A stretch of 64,000 nucleotides of DNA from Octopus sinensis (taxonomy: Eukaryota). Positions 11,785 through 24,574 of this stretch are shown here, in pieces. The notes under the pieces are model-generated. The model searched no databases. It saw only the letters and a program-made list of their open reading frames with translations, and was not told where the DNA came from. The stretch is from the NCBI RefSeq assembly GCF_006345805.1, contig NC_043000.1, positions 7,006,001-7,070,000 of the forward strand, in the 5' to 3' direction. Position numbers and translations under genes: made by a program. How positions within the stretch are numbered: position 1 is the first letter of the stretch; every line of letters starts with the position of its first letter.

Positions 11785-12490
11785 CTAGTCACCCATACAG
11801 TTAACAAGGTGATACATGAAGGAGTCATACCCAATGACTGGTGTAGCAGCACCATAGTCAACTGCTACAAAGGTAAAGGTGACACTTTAGTTCAAATAAT
11901 TACAGAGGTATCAAGTTGTTGGATCGGGTAATGAAAGTCACAGAGAGGATCATAGCCCAACTAATTAGGGAGAGAGTCAGTTTAGAGAAGATGCAGTTTG
12001 GGTTTGTGCCAGGGAAAAGCACCACTGATGCTATATTTCTTGTAAGACAGCTGCAGGAGAAATACCTAGCCAAAGATAAACCTCTGTACCTGGCTTTCGT
12101 TGACATGGAGAAAGCCATGTCAAAAAAAAAGCACCATTAAAATGTGATCATTACCAGCGTCACCTTACTGGCACTTGTGCTGGTGGCACATGAAAAAGAA
12201 TTGAGAGAGGTTGTTGCAGTGCCGCTGGACTGGCTCCTGTGCAGGTGACACATAAAAAACACTACTTAAGTGTGGATGTTGCCAGTATCACCTGACTGGC
12301 CCTTGTGCCGGTGACACATAAAAGCACCCACTACACTCTCAGAGTGGTTGGCGTTAGGAAGGGCATCCAGCAGTAGAAACTCTGCCAGATCAGATCGGAG
12401 CCTGGGGCAGCCATCTGGTTCGCCAGTCCTCAGACAAATCGTCCAACCCATGCCTGCATGGAAAGCGGACGTTAAACAATGATGATGATT
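11785..12490 (+). pseudogene. Internally deleted RTE LINE copy
   Basis: 11785-12116 matches RT region 39477-39808 (QFGFVPGKSTTDAIF, YLAFVDMEKA). It then joins directly to 3' UTR repeats and a GAT tail. Confidence 0.85.
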
Positions 12491-13134
12491 ATCAAAAAGG
12501 TGAACTGGCAGAATCATTAGCATACCAGGTGAAATGATTGACAGTATTCCTTCTTACTTTATGGTCTGCATTTGAATTCCATAAAGATTAACTTTGACTT
12601 TCATCCTTTTGGGGTCAATGAAATAAGTACCAGTTGAACACTGGGGTCAATGTAATTAACTGGTTCCTTCCCCACCAAATTTCAAGCTTTCTACCTTTAA
12701 CACAAAAGAACATTATTATTATCATCAAGGCGGAGAGGTAGCAGAATCACCTGCATTCAGGGCAAAATGCTTAACGGTATTTTGTCTGCTGCTATGTTCT
12801 AAATTCAAATCCTGCTGAGGTCGACTTTGCCTTTCGTCCTTTCAGGGTTGATAAATAAAGTACCAGTCAAGTACTGGGGTTGATATAATCGACTTACTCC
12901 TCCCCAAAAATGTCAAGCCTTGTACTTATTTCATCATTCCTGAAAGGATGAAAGGCAACAGTTGATATTTATTTTTTTCCTTAGGGTTTGAGATCAGCAG
13001 ATAGTCACAGGCTCTATTTGGCTCTCTCAGCCTTGGACAGATATACTGGCTTAAATCCCACTTTCTTTCTAATAGATCTTGCATACAGCCACTTATATTG
13101 ACCCTGTTAGTAAATTGGTACTTATTTTATAGAA

Positions 13135-13950
13135 AGTGTACCATTGCAGAATCTGAACTCATTTCCTGTCAGACTAAATTGGAGTGTCTTTTGCACTTCC
13201 TGTGGAATGGAAGTGTTTTATTGGACAGATGTTGCCATCTGTACCAGTGACCCTTGAGAGGTGGGCTTGGCATGCTGTAGAGTGTTAGACTGAAGTTGTA
13301 CCACTCACATAAATTCCTGGGTAGTGTACAGATGTGATCTCTGGTGGTATGGCATGGAATTCCATAGTTGATTTCTTTGATAAGTCGAGAGTGAAGAAAG
13401 GACCAAGATTGTGTGCTTGGCATCTGGAAGGTCACCATCCTTTACCAATCAAGACATACAGTCATTGGAACTCTCACTTCAACACTATACTAAAGGGCCA
13501 GCAGGGGGTAAGGATATGATGTCATCATTGTCATCATCATTTAATGTCCACTTTCCATGCTGACATAGGCTGGACAGTTAGGCAGGAGCTGGCAAGGCCA
13601 GGAGCTGCACCAAGTTCCATAGTCTGTTTTGGCTAGGTTTCTACAATTGGATGCCCTTAAGGAAACTCTAGGTGTCAACAAGGATGAACTTGCTGGACTC
13701 TTCAGGAGAACATTTAGGCCAGCTATACTATGGATAACTTTCAGAAATCCTTCCTAAATCTGTAGGACTACAAAGGGGGTACGACAAGGGCAAGATGAAC
13801 TTCACAGATACAGAAGTACCGTCAGGTAGGATTGCTCAAGATGCACACAGAGCAACAAAACCATGCTACATGTGTTCATGGGATGTCTGAGCACTGCTCA
13901 CTTGTGGAGTTATGTTGAACAGCTGTTGTCACATGGAAAATGAATCCAGC
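13135..13950 (+). pseudogene. Degraded Tx1/L1-clade-like LINE fragment (C-terminal region), interrupted by an RTE 3' end at about 13520-13660
   Basis: Frameshifted peptides LECLLHFLWNG, PLRGGLGM, KKGPRLCAWHLE, MDNFQKS and CSRCTQSNKTMLHVFMGCLSTAHLWSYVEQLLS (CCHC-like). Family recognition is from memory. Confidence 0.55.
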
Positions 13951-14491
13951 AATAAGGCAATTAAATACAGCAGGATAGGGGAGGGGAGGGGGATGTTATC
14001 AACTAACCCCTCCCCTTGAAATGCTAGCTTTCTGCCTAAATTAGCAACAGTTATTGTAGTTGTTGTTGTCATAATTAATTTCTTTCTTTCCTTACATCAT
14101 CCATTTTTCTTTCTTTTAAATCCATTCTCCATGCTGGCAATGGTTGGTTGGTTCTACAAAATTTTCTTACTTTTAACTCAAGCCTTATCATTAGTCACTC
14201 TTTTCTTCTTTTTTTTTTTTTTAATCACTAAGTACTTTATTTTCATTGTTATTTTTAGATGATTACAACTCAGGCCACCCTCTTCCACCTCTGTGAGCAT
14301 TTTGTTCTTGATTTTCAATGTCCACCCACTCCCCATCTTTTCTTTCATATTAGCTTTCTTCCTTGTTAACAACAAGAAGCTTCTTTCTGATTCTTCTTGT
14401 TACTCTAGTCTCAATGCTATTATTCATTCAGATTCCTTTTGCTTATCTTGCTTATAAAACGTATTTCATTCCCTTTAGTTAGTCAGATTCT

Positions 14492-14948
14492 TAAACCTTC
14501 AGCATTCAGATTACTCTGCCAAATGTAGTGCATATTTATTCTCTTTGTTTTGAATTAATCCTGCTTTATCTCATAGCTTTGAGATTTTGATGATGTGATT
14601 GTTTAATTTTGCAATGACATTTTTTATTTCTTCGATGCCCACAGGGGGCTAAATGTAGAGGGGACAAACAAGAACAGACAAAGGGATTAAGTCGATTAGA
14701 TCGACCCCAGTACGTAATCGGTACTTATTTAATCGACCCCGAAAGGATGAAAGGCAAAGTTGACCCAGGTGGAATTTGAACTCAGAACGGAAAAACAGAC
14801 AAAATACCGCTAAGCATTGCACCCGGCGTGGTAATGATCCTGCCAGCTCGTACAATGACATTGTAAGGGAAATGTGAGAAGCTGGGTATGGCCAGTTTGA
14901 TCATAAAATGGGTAGGTTATTTGGGCCCCGATATGGGGTGTTTAAATG
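14492..14948. mobile_element. TTAA-type MITE (family of 24061-24273) interrupted by a SINE B
   Basis: Both halves match 24061-24273. The SINE at 14622-14852 is flanked by the direct repeat CAATGACATT (14612-14621 and 14853-14862). Confidence 0.75.
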
Positions 14949-15732
14949 CTTTGTTGTCTTTGTGTTTTTATTTTCCTGTAGCTCATTCAAATCTCTTTTA
15001 TAAAGAGGAAATTTCTTTATCAACTAGAACAATTCACTATGTTTTTTTCCCATTATAGATTTTAATTAGTAAGTTACCACTCCTTACATAAGTAACATAG
15101 ATCTAAAAAGGAAGACACTGCATTAGTCACAGGCAAACTGCTGTCCAAAGGTCCCATGTGGCTTGTCAGCCTAATCATTCTACCTGTTTTATGTTCAGTC
15201 CAGCTAAATCTGTCCTCTCACACCTACCCTACAATATCAATCTAAAAATATACAATCCCATCATTGAAATTTCAAAGCTATAAAGTCATGCATCATTAAT
15301 TCAAAACAATGGGAATAAATAAGCTCTAAATTTGATGGAATAATTTGAATGCTACAGAATTAAAGACACATCTAATGAAAAATTAGCTTGATTTTTTTTT
15401 CTTAGTATTGTGGCTTTTCTGATGATGAGCCATGTCTCATGCAGCTTGCTTCTCAAAAAAAGGTTGCCCACGCCTGCTCTATATGGAAACTCAACATACT
15501 AGAAATAGCAGCCAAATATCCATCAAACTGTGCATTATTGTCTTAACAACAACAAGCAAAAAGACAATATCACATCGGTTAATGCATTGGTTCTCAATGG
15601 GGGTCGATATGACCCTTGGAGGTCCATATAAGATCTTGCTTATACATAGGTGTAGGAGTGGCTGTGTGGTAAGTAGCTTGTGAGTGGGACTGATAGAAGG
15701 AAACTGAAAGAAACCCATAGTGTGTGAGTGCA

Positions 15733-15767
<35 letters not shown>

Positions 15768-16011
15768 AAGAGAGTGTGTGTATGTATGTATGTATGCATG
15801 CATGTAAGTATTATGTATCTGTGTGTGTGTGTCTTGCTGTTTGTGCACCACCACCACCACTTGACAGTTGGTGTTGGTTTGTTTACATCCCAGTAACTTG
15901 GCAGTTTGCTAAAACCTATCAAGGTAGTGCCCCAGTGTGACAACAGTCCAATGACTAGAACAAGTAAAAGATAAAGGATACAAGATAAAGAAAAAAAAGA
16001 CAGAAGCTTAC

Positions 16012-16139
16012 CTTCCAGTTCAGATTGATCTGCAGGTGAACCTGTGGCTGTTCCAGTCAGAATTACTCCATCACTTAAGAAGAATTCTGCAGCCTTTGCA
16101 GTTTCAACTATGTCAATGTCTTCAGTAATGCTATGAGAG
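16012..16139 (-). CDS. Internal coding exon of the BtpA-family gene
   Basis: 128 nt, translates SHSITEDIDIVETAKAAEFFLSDGVILTGTATGSPADQSELE. Acceptor CCTAG, donor GTAAGC. Phases 2 in and 1 out match both neighbouring exons. Absent from the ORF track because it is short. Confidence 0.92.
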
Positions 16140-16370
16140 CTAGGTTTTGAAATTTTAATTTTGTAAAGAAAAAAAGAATTCTTTTAATTTATTGGATAAT
16201 ATAAACAAAATTTTTAGAGAGAAGAGAACGAAATTTCAGGGATATATTAGCATTAAATCTATATAAAATACAGATATATATAAAAAAAAAAAAACAGATA
16301 TGTATTTGATGCATCACCCAGTATTCAGTTACCATTAGCAGAATCCAATCTGCTATAACTATTTGATCAT

Positions 16371-16411
<41 letters not shown>

Positions 16412-16559
16412 TGTCAGATCAAATTTTCCAAGCCATGTTAGCATGGAAAACAGACGTTAAATGATGATGATGAAGGTGATGATGATGATGATGATGATGA
16501 TAAGTACATACATACTTATATATATTAATTAACATATACAGTATTACTGATCCGTTTCA

Positions 16560-17400
16560 GCTAATATCATTACCAATCAGTTTTGCACTGGGTATTAAGT
16601 AACTAGGCATTAGATAACATCTCAGTTAAGTAATACCACAAACTCTTCAGAGTGTGTGCTGGTTTGGTCATGTGATGTACATAGATGAGAACAGTTGCAA
16701 GAAGAAGTGCTGCTCTCTTAAAGTGGATGGAACTTGTGGAAGAGGGAGACCCAGGAAGACATGGGATGAAGTATTGAAGGATGATCTCAAGATGCTCCAT
16801 CTTACAAAGGAGATGACAAAGGACTGAGATATCTAATGTCTAACTGTACTCAAGAAAACCTGTCCACTACAGCTGAATAGATATCCTAAAACCCCTTTGG
16901 TAATGCTTACCTCCATCCTCTCTGCCTTGCTAACCTTCTCCCCCTACATTTCATCTCCTAACACTCATCACTTCCTCCATCACCTAAGGGCAGAATAGGC
17001 ACATACTACATCCCCTGGTTTTCTCCATTAACTTTTCTCCCCACTCCCAGTTACCTTTCTTCTCTTGCTTATTGTCCCCACCAATCACCTCCTTTCTGCA
17101 CCTCCTCTCCCCTCCCTGTGCAGCTCTCCATCATCACTTACCTGTTATCACCTTCAACACACTCACATATTTATTGCAACCCCTGCACCCAAGCCTTTCC
17201 TATATTTCTCTCCACCATTGCTACAGTCACTTCATCCTGTCTATTCACCCAGCCCAAGTCTCTGCATCATCTCTGTACCTTAAATCTATCAGCTAGCACA
17301 AAGCCACATCCCCTCAATACTACCCTCCCGTCCCATCTGGGGGGTTCTTGTCTTGCAAGGTACTTGGTGATCCAGTTGGTGCTGGTACCAAATAAAAAGA
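16560..17400 (+). mobile_element. 3' end of a second RTE subfamily
   Basis: Peptide WFGHVMYIDENSCKKKCCSLKVDGTCGRGRPRKTWDEVLKDDLKMLHLTKEMT parallels the C-terminus at 40800-41030. The pyrimidine-rich sequence downstream is assumed to be 3' UTR, so the end is uncertain. Confidence 0.65.
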
Positions 17401-18322
17401 ACTGATGCTTACCTCTATTACCACCCATCACTTTCCTCTTGCTTTTATCTCACTACCCATCTTTACACCTCAAGGGTACCTCCTAGTTTTCCTTTCTCTC
17501 ACTACACAGTTCCTTCTTCTTCTCTCGCTCTCTCCCTTGCCTGCCCATCTGGGAGACTTTCACAACATTCAGACTCTACCATTCCTCTTCTCTCTACCTC
17601 TAGGGTTAATTCACTTTACTACTTAAGGAGCATTGGGCCAGTTTCCCAGTTTCTTTGGCGTATATATCCTTCCCTGGATGGAACACCAGTTCATCACAGG
17701 ATTACTCATTTTTACCAGCTGAGTGGACTGGAGCAACATGAAATGAAATGTTTTGCTCAAGAACACAACACATCACTCGGCCCAGGAATTGAAACCACAG
17801 TTTTACTATCATAAGTCCAACACCCTAACCACTAAACCATACGCCTCCTCTCTCCACCTATACAGTACTTATTTCTTTACTACCCACAAGGGGTTAAACA
17901 CAGAGAGGACAAATGGATTAAGTTGATTACATCGACCCTAGTGCGTAACTAGTACTTAATTTATTGACCCCGAGGGGATGAAAGGCAAAGTTGACCTTAG
18001 CAGAATTTGAACTCAGGGCATAGCGGCAGAAAAAATATCACTAAGCTTTTCGCCCAATGTGCTAACGATTCTGCCAGCTCGCCTCCTTTATCTCCCCACC
18101 TATACAGTACCCTCAAAACATGGGAGACTTTATAGATGCAGCTCTTTCTGTGATCAACACCAGTGTGACCCACGATTTGGTTGTCTCCCACGCCCTTCAT
18201 TCTGCATCATTATGCCCCACTTGCTGTTACTTGCACCACCACACCATCCTATTTAAATGATATCACCTTCATACTTTCTTAAATTCCGTACCACACAGGC
18301 ATCTTCAACATTCAACCTGAAC

Positions 18323-18468
18323 CAGTTATGGGCAAACAGCAGTCTGCAGGACTTTATAAATGGCATGCCTAATGAAAAAGTACACTAATTTTTTTTCAGT
18401 AATGTGGCCTGCCTGATGACAAGCCATGTCTCATGCAGCCTGCTTCTCACAAAGGTTGCCCATACCTG
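18323..18468. mobile_element. hAT-type MITE
   Basis: TIRs CAGTTATGGGCAA and TTGCCCATACCTG. Flanking 8-mers ACCTGAAC and ACCTAGAC form a degenerate TSD. A related right end lies at about 15405-15476. Confidence 0.6.
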
Positions 18469-19249
18469 ACCTAGACACTTCACAAAAGACATTTACTGCT
18501 TCATTGAACAGCGTTCTTGAAAACATACACCAAAGAGGACATGACAACCTAAATGGACTACATCCAAATGAAGATCTTTCTGCTAATTAACAAAAGACTC
18601 ACTAGCCAAAACACTACAGCCACTTGTCCACAAGCATGCTGCATCATTTTTTTTCTTCCTCTTCTACCTTTCACACAATGGCCTTTGACCCTTTGAACTT
18701 CTTAGCTACTTAACATCACATCCACTTCTTTGATTCAACTGTCTCTCATCCTTTTATTATCTCATCTCTGCTATTTTCTCCACAGAACTTGATTCAATCC
18801 TGTGGAATCCTTTTCCCCTCCTCCCATTCCTCCTTATTCTTATCATTATTATTGTTGTTGTTTTTCGCAAATGAAGGTTACATCATTTGCAGACTCCTGT
18901 AATGACATAACAATCTCTTGTGCCAAAAGTTTACTCATGAACAACTAAAACATAAAAAGCACAACAGAAATAGCAAACTCCAGGATGTTGCTACTTTGAT
19001 ATAATAGCAACAGTTGAGCAGCTCTAGGTTAGACAGATACCTGGTGTTGCCAGGCTTTTAGTAGCAAAGCAACAACGCCATGCTGCTTTTCATACAAACT
19101 GCAAACTAACAAAATAGAATCATCAACATTATCCTCCTCATCATCATCATTACCAGCATTGCCACCACAGATCCTGATGCCACCACCAATGTCCCCCTCC
19201 TCTTCTTCTCCTTGAACACTCAGACACTGTCTTCAATGGAAGAGTCTGT

Positions 19250-19305
<56 letters not shown>

Positions 19306-19559
19306 CGTGTGTGTGTGTGTGTGAGTGTATGTGTGTGTGCATATATATATATATATATACATATACACATTCTTTTATTCATTTACTTGTTTCAACCATT
19401 TGACTGTAGCCATGCTGGAGCACCCCCTCTATAGCAAGACACTTGTTTTTGTCTCTCTATTTCTCTGTCACACTCTATCCTTTCATCACCTGATTCCAGA
19501 TCACCTTCTCAAATGCCCCTGCCCCTCTCAAAATTCCTTGTCTTGTGAGTTACCCTGTC

Positions 19560-20500
19560 AGTGTTGGTGCCACATAAAAAGCATCCAGTTCACACTGTAA
19601 AGTGGTTAGCATGTGGACAGGCATCCAGTTGCAAAAATCATCCCAAAACTAACCTCACCTGTACTAATGCCATGGAAAATGCACTGGGTCCCCTCTGCAG
19701 AATAACTGGTGTTAGAAAGAGCATCCAGCCATAAAAATCCTGCCAAAACAGACACAGTAGCCTGGGGTAGTCTTCTTCCTGGCTGCATCACATGACCATA
19801 TCAATACAGTTGTCTCTCTTGCACACCACATCTGATGCCTGTTATGCCCGACTTTTCTCTCAAGATGCTTACACTCTGTCGTACATGCACACTGACATTA
19901 CGCATCCAGTGACGCATACTAGCTTCATTTTTTTCATGTCTATGCATGTCCTACGCAGTCACAGCCCATGTTTCACTGTTATGTCGCATGGCTGTTCAAG
20001 TACAGGCATCATACAATCTGCTTTTCACTCCAAAGGTGAGGACCTTTGTTACTAACAGAAGTAGGAGCTCTCTGAACTTTTCCCAGCCTATTCTTATTCT
20101 ACAAGCTACACTCTCAGAGCATCCACCTCTGCTATTAATTTGTTCACCTTGGTAACATTTGATAGAGTCTATTTTCTGTACATTTGTAGTGTTTATTGTA
20201 CTTGTTCACCTTCCAAATACAAAAACCATTTTCCCTGTTAACCTTACTCTGATATTGGTGTATCTCTTATGTGTCCATAGCTTACACCAAGTACATCTTA
20301 TGGAGTTTCTAAGTACACCTTTTCTACAGATTGAGCAAGGCCATCTACCTGAAGGGATTTGTGATTTGTCTGCATTCCTACTTACTAAATCTTTGGTTTT
20401 TGCTAGATTAACTCTAAGGCCTTTTGATTCTGGACCTTGCTTCCACACCTGAAATTTCTTCTCTAGTGATTCAGCTATAAGAGGAATGTAGGGCTTCTTG
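19560..20500 (-). pseudogene. RTE LINE fragment (RT C-terminal part with PHD-like finger plus degenerate 3' UTR)
   Basis: LIAESLEKKFQVWKQGPESKGLRVNLAKTK...WPCSICRKGVLRNSIRCTWCKLWTHKR matches ORF 39611-40843. Confidence 0.85.
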
Positions 20501-20620
20501 GTTGGCCCAAGGATATAGGAGAAGACACTTGCCCAAGGTGGCATGCAATTGGACTGAACCTGGGACTATGTGGTTGGGAAGCAAGCTTCTTACCACAGAG
20601 CCATACCTGCGTCTATATAC

Positions 20621-20654
<34 letters not shown>

Positions 20655-21112
20655 CATACATACAGACATACACATACGCACACACATTTGTACTGCAAAA
20701 CCATACAGGCCTGGAACCAACAGATGTAACCTATATTTAGAAGAATTTTACAGGATTCTCACATCCAAGGGCAATGTAATAAATTCTAGAAAGAACTGCA
20801 CATGAGGAAATTCACATTTGCTAAGAATAGATGAATAATTATCATTTAAACTATACAAGGTTTTGAAATGATGAACTGAAAGTCATTATCCAATAAGAAC
20901 TTGAAATAGAGATTGTTCACATCTGACTTAATGGAGAGCTCTACATTATACAGCGCAGAGTTTATAAAAGAAAATAGTTAAACGGCCATACCAAGAGGTA
21001 TCAAGTTAAGACTCTGAAAAGGCTGCACTGTTTTATAATAGGGTTGCAACTGCAATGATGACTAATCAGTGTAACTGAAACATATGTTGGTCTTTGAAAG
21101 GTAGTATATAAA

Positions 21113-21400
21113 TCTCTATATATAAAGCTGAAGTTTTCTGTGTATGGCAGGTTTGGTAGCTTTCAACTAACACTATCTTCTCCGAGACCCTGCGATGCAA
21201 GTTGACCAAAATTGAGAGTATGATAGAAGAAGGCTTGCTATTCATTCCGTAGAAGAAAAAATTCAAATCGGACCATGTTAACACCAAAAATTATTTACAT
21301 CAAAAAGGTGCTTTTTTTTCTATGAAAATCTCTATTTTTTACGATTTTTTGACTGCTGTATTGCCATTTTTCAGTGTATTTCAACCAGAAAAAGTGCAAT
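21113..21400 (+). mobile_element. Possible Helitron-like 5' end (truncated)
   Basis: A|TCTCTATATATAAAGCTGAAG resembles a Helitron 5'-TC terminus. No 3' hairpin or CTAG end found. Confidence 0.35.
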
Positions 21401-21657
21401 ATGCATGATGTTTCTATCTATGATGATTTTGAAAAGAAAGAAATGGAATTGATTCATTCAACTAGAATTCTACTTGTCACCACCACCATTACTTGACTAC
21501 TGATGTTGGTGTGTTTACGTCCCTGTAACTTAGCAGTTCAGCAAAAGAGAATAAGTACTAGGCTTACAAAGAATAAGTCCCGGAGTCGATTTGTTCGACT
21601 AAAGGTGGTGCTCTAGCATGGCCACAGTCAAATGACTGAAACAAATAAAAGAAAAGA

Positions 21658-21697
<40 letters not shown>

Positions 21698-22280
21698 GAA
21701 GGGAGAGAGAGGCTTCTGATTGTATGCATTTGTGTGTGTTTAAATTAGAAGATAATCCTTGTTGGATTACATGCTTTTTTTATCAACTGATGCATAAACA
21801 TACTCACATATACACACACCCAAACTCACACACATACACACAAACATACGCATATACAAACACGCACATAAACACACATGCAAACACACACACACACATA
21901 TACATATGTATAGATAAAGAAAACAACAAATATAAATAGAACAGATCAAAGATGCACCACCACAAAACAGAATTTTCTCTCTCTCTTTTTCAATAAACCC
22001 ACAATATCTCTCTCAGTGCTCAGAACTGCACTTGATCTGAAGAACACAGTAACCCAATTTCTATAAAACTAATAGAGCCTGGATACAACATTTCATTCAA
22101 ATTTAAGGGTTAGTAATAGTATCCTAACAAAACAAAAAATTTCCCCATATCCTGTGTCAGTGTTATTCAGGAGAGGAAAAAGGCAGTTAGGGTTAAAAGC
22201 TAATTCATGCATCTTTCATGTAAAGCAAACTGTCAGTTCCCCACCCCCAAAACATTTTTTTTTTTACACTTCAACTCCTT

Positions 22281-22680
22281 TACTCTTTTACTTGTTTGTC
22301 ATTTGACTGCGGCCATGCTGGAGCACCACCTTTAGTCGAGCAAATCGACCCCAGGACTTATTCTTTGTAAGCCTGGTAATTATTCTGTCGGTCTCTTTTT
22401 GCCGAACCGCTAAGTTACAGGGACGTAGACACACCAGCATCAGTTGTCAAGTGATGTTGGGGGGGACAAACACAGACAAAAAAACATATACACACACACT
22501 CACACACACATATACATATATACGACGGGCTTCTTTCAGTTTCCCTCTACCAAATCCACTCACAAGGCTTTGGTTGGCCTGAGGCTATAGTAGAAGACAC
22601 TTGCCCAAGGTGCCACGCAGTGGGGCTGAACCCAGAACCATGTGGTTGGTAAGCAAGCTACTTACCACACAGCCACTCTT
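22281..22680 (-). mobile_element. tRNA-headed SINE (family A) with internal microsatellite
   Basis: Reverse complement of the full copy at 46172-46585. Other minus-strand copies at about 27003-27345, 28485-28875 and 36800-37210. Confidence 0.85.
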
Positions 22681-22776
22681 CTATCATTGAATATTAAACT
22701 CATGTTCATAACTCAGTGTTGTCTTTTAACCAATACTTTCTTCTGTTAACTTGGAAGAGAGAAAGTGAGAGAGAGA

Positions 22777-22816
<40 letters not shown>

Positions 22817-23340
22817 CAGACAGAGGGAGAGAGAGAATAAGAGAGAACAAAAGAAAGAGACGGAGTGAGAGACAAAGTGATAGAAAGAGAGAGAGAGAGA
22901 GAGAGAGAGGGAGACATGGGGTTGTTGGACTAAAAGAGAGTATACTTTTGCTTGTTTCAGTCATTAGACTGTGGCCACGCTGGGGCACCGCTTTGAAGAA
23001 TTTTAGTTGAATGAATCCACCCCAGTACTTTTTAAGTTTTTAAGCCTGGTACCTATTTGATCATCGGTCTCTTTTGCTGAACCAATAATGTTTCCCTCTC
23101 TCTCTCTCTTTCGGAGAGGCACTGAGCAGCTATACGCACACATACACACACGACAGTAACTTCCACCTACCGAATTCAATCACAAAGCTCCGGTCGGCTC
23201 GGGGCTATAGTGGAAGACACCTACCCAAGTGCCATGCAGTGGGACTGAACCCGAAACCATGTGGCTAGGAAGCAAGCTCCCTAACCACACAGCCATGGAC
23301 AAAAACACACTAGCACTGACTGTCAAGCAGTGGTGGGGGA

Positions 23341-23371
<31 letters not shown>

Positions 23372-24060
23372 TTCTTTCAGTTTCTGTCTTTCAAGTTCAT
23401 TCACAAGGCTTTGCTTGGCCCGAGGCTATAGTAGAAGACACTTGCACAAGATGCCACGTAGTGAGATTGAACCCAGACCCATGTCGTTGAGAAGCAAGCA
23501 TCTTACCACACAGAAAGAGAGATGTAAAGCATTTCTTCTAAGAAAATTTGATCCACTGTCTTGCAGAAACAAAGTCTTAGTTAATTTTATTTCTCTTAAT
23601 ATATTATCAATTTATTTGGGTTTTTTTTTTTGGTGTTGGGGTCCCCTTTATATTATTAGGCAATGGGCTGGCAGAACTGTTAGCATGCTACACAAAACGC
23701 TAAGCAGTATTCCTTCCAGCTTTACATTCTGTGTTCGAACCCCACTCAGGTTGTTCTTTCCTTTCATCCTTTGGGGCTCGATAAAATAAATAACAGTTGA
23801 GCTGTGGTAGTGGTGATGGTGGTGTGTCAGGTTAGTTGACTAACACCTTCCCACAAAATTTCAGGATTTGTATCCTTAGAATGAATTATTTCTATTAGGT
23901 AGATTAGCAAAGCTATTAGAGCATTGTGAAAAATGCTTTGTGGTAATTTTTTCAGCCCTTTATGTTTTGAGTTCAAATCCTGCCATAGTCGACTTTACCT
24001 TTCATTCCCCTCAGGGTCAATAAAATAAAGTATCAATAAAGTGCTGATGATATCAATTAA

Positions 24061-24273
24061 CCCTTTAAGCATTCGGATTGTTCTGTCAAATGTAATGCTT
24101 ATTTATTTACCTTGTTGTGAATTAATCTTGCATCATCTTGTTGCTTCAAGATTTTGATCATCATTTGATTGTTTATTTTTATAATGACATGGTAGGGTAG
24201 GTGTAAGAGGCCAGATCTGGCTTGTTTGAATATAGAATTTGGGCAAGATATGGTCAGTTTAAATACTAAAGAG
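24061..24273. mobile_element. piggyBac-like TTAA MITE
   Basis: TTAA|CCCTTTAAGCATT ... AATACTAAAGAG|TTAA. Confidence 0.75.
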
Positions 24274-24376
24274 TTAAACCTCTCTCCTTAATGTTTTTAG
24301 CTTTGGGTCTAAATCAGGAACCTTATTTACATTATTTACATTCGACGACTATTTGTCTTCATCTTGTTTGTTGTTA

Positions 24377-24415
24377 ACACAATGTTTCAGCTACTCTCCA
24401 ACCTTCTTCAAGTGT
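24377..24415 (-). ncRNA. Degenerate minimal hammerhead-ribozyme-like motif in the Penelope 3' end
   Basis: ACAC-UUGAAGA-A-GGUUG-GAGAG-UAGCU-GAAA-C-AUU-GUGU. Stem I (ACAC/GUGU) and a wobble-rich stem II are present. Core C3 is changed to U. Confidence 0.5.
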
Positions 24416-24500
24416 CTTGGGGAAATTTCGAACCTGGGTTCTCATTCCTAGGGTATTTTTCGATGTTATTATTATTATTATTGTTGTTGCTGTTGTTGTT

Positions 24501-24574
24501 CAGGTTACTGCTTGGAATCAAACTCGGAATCTTGGGGTAGTAGCACACACTCTTAACCACTACGCCATATGCCC
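24501..24574 (-). promoter_or_regulatory. tRNA-derived head with Pol III A and B boxes
   Basis: A box TGGCGTAGTGG (24567-24557) matches TRGCNNARYGG. B box GTTTGATTCC (24523-24514) is one mismatch from GTTCGANTCC. Confidence 0.65.
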
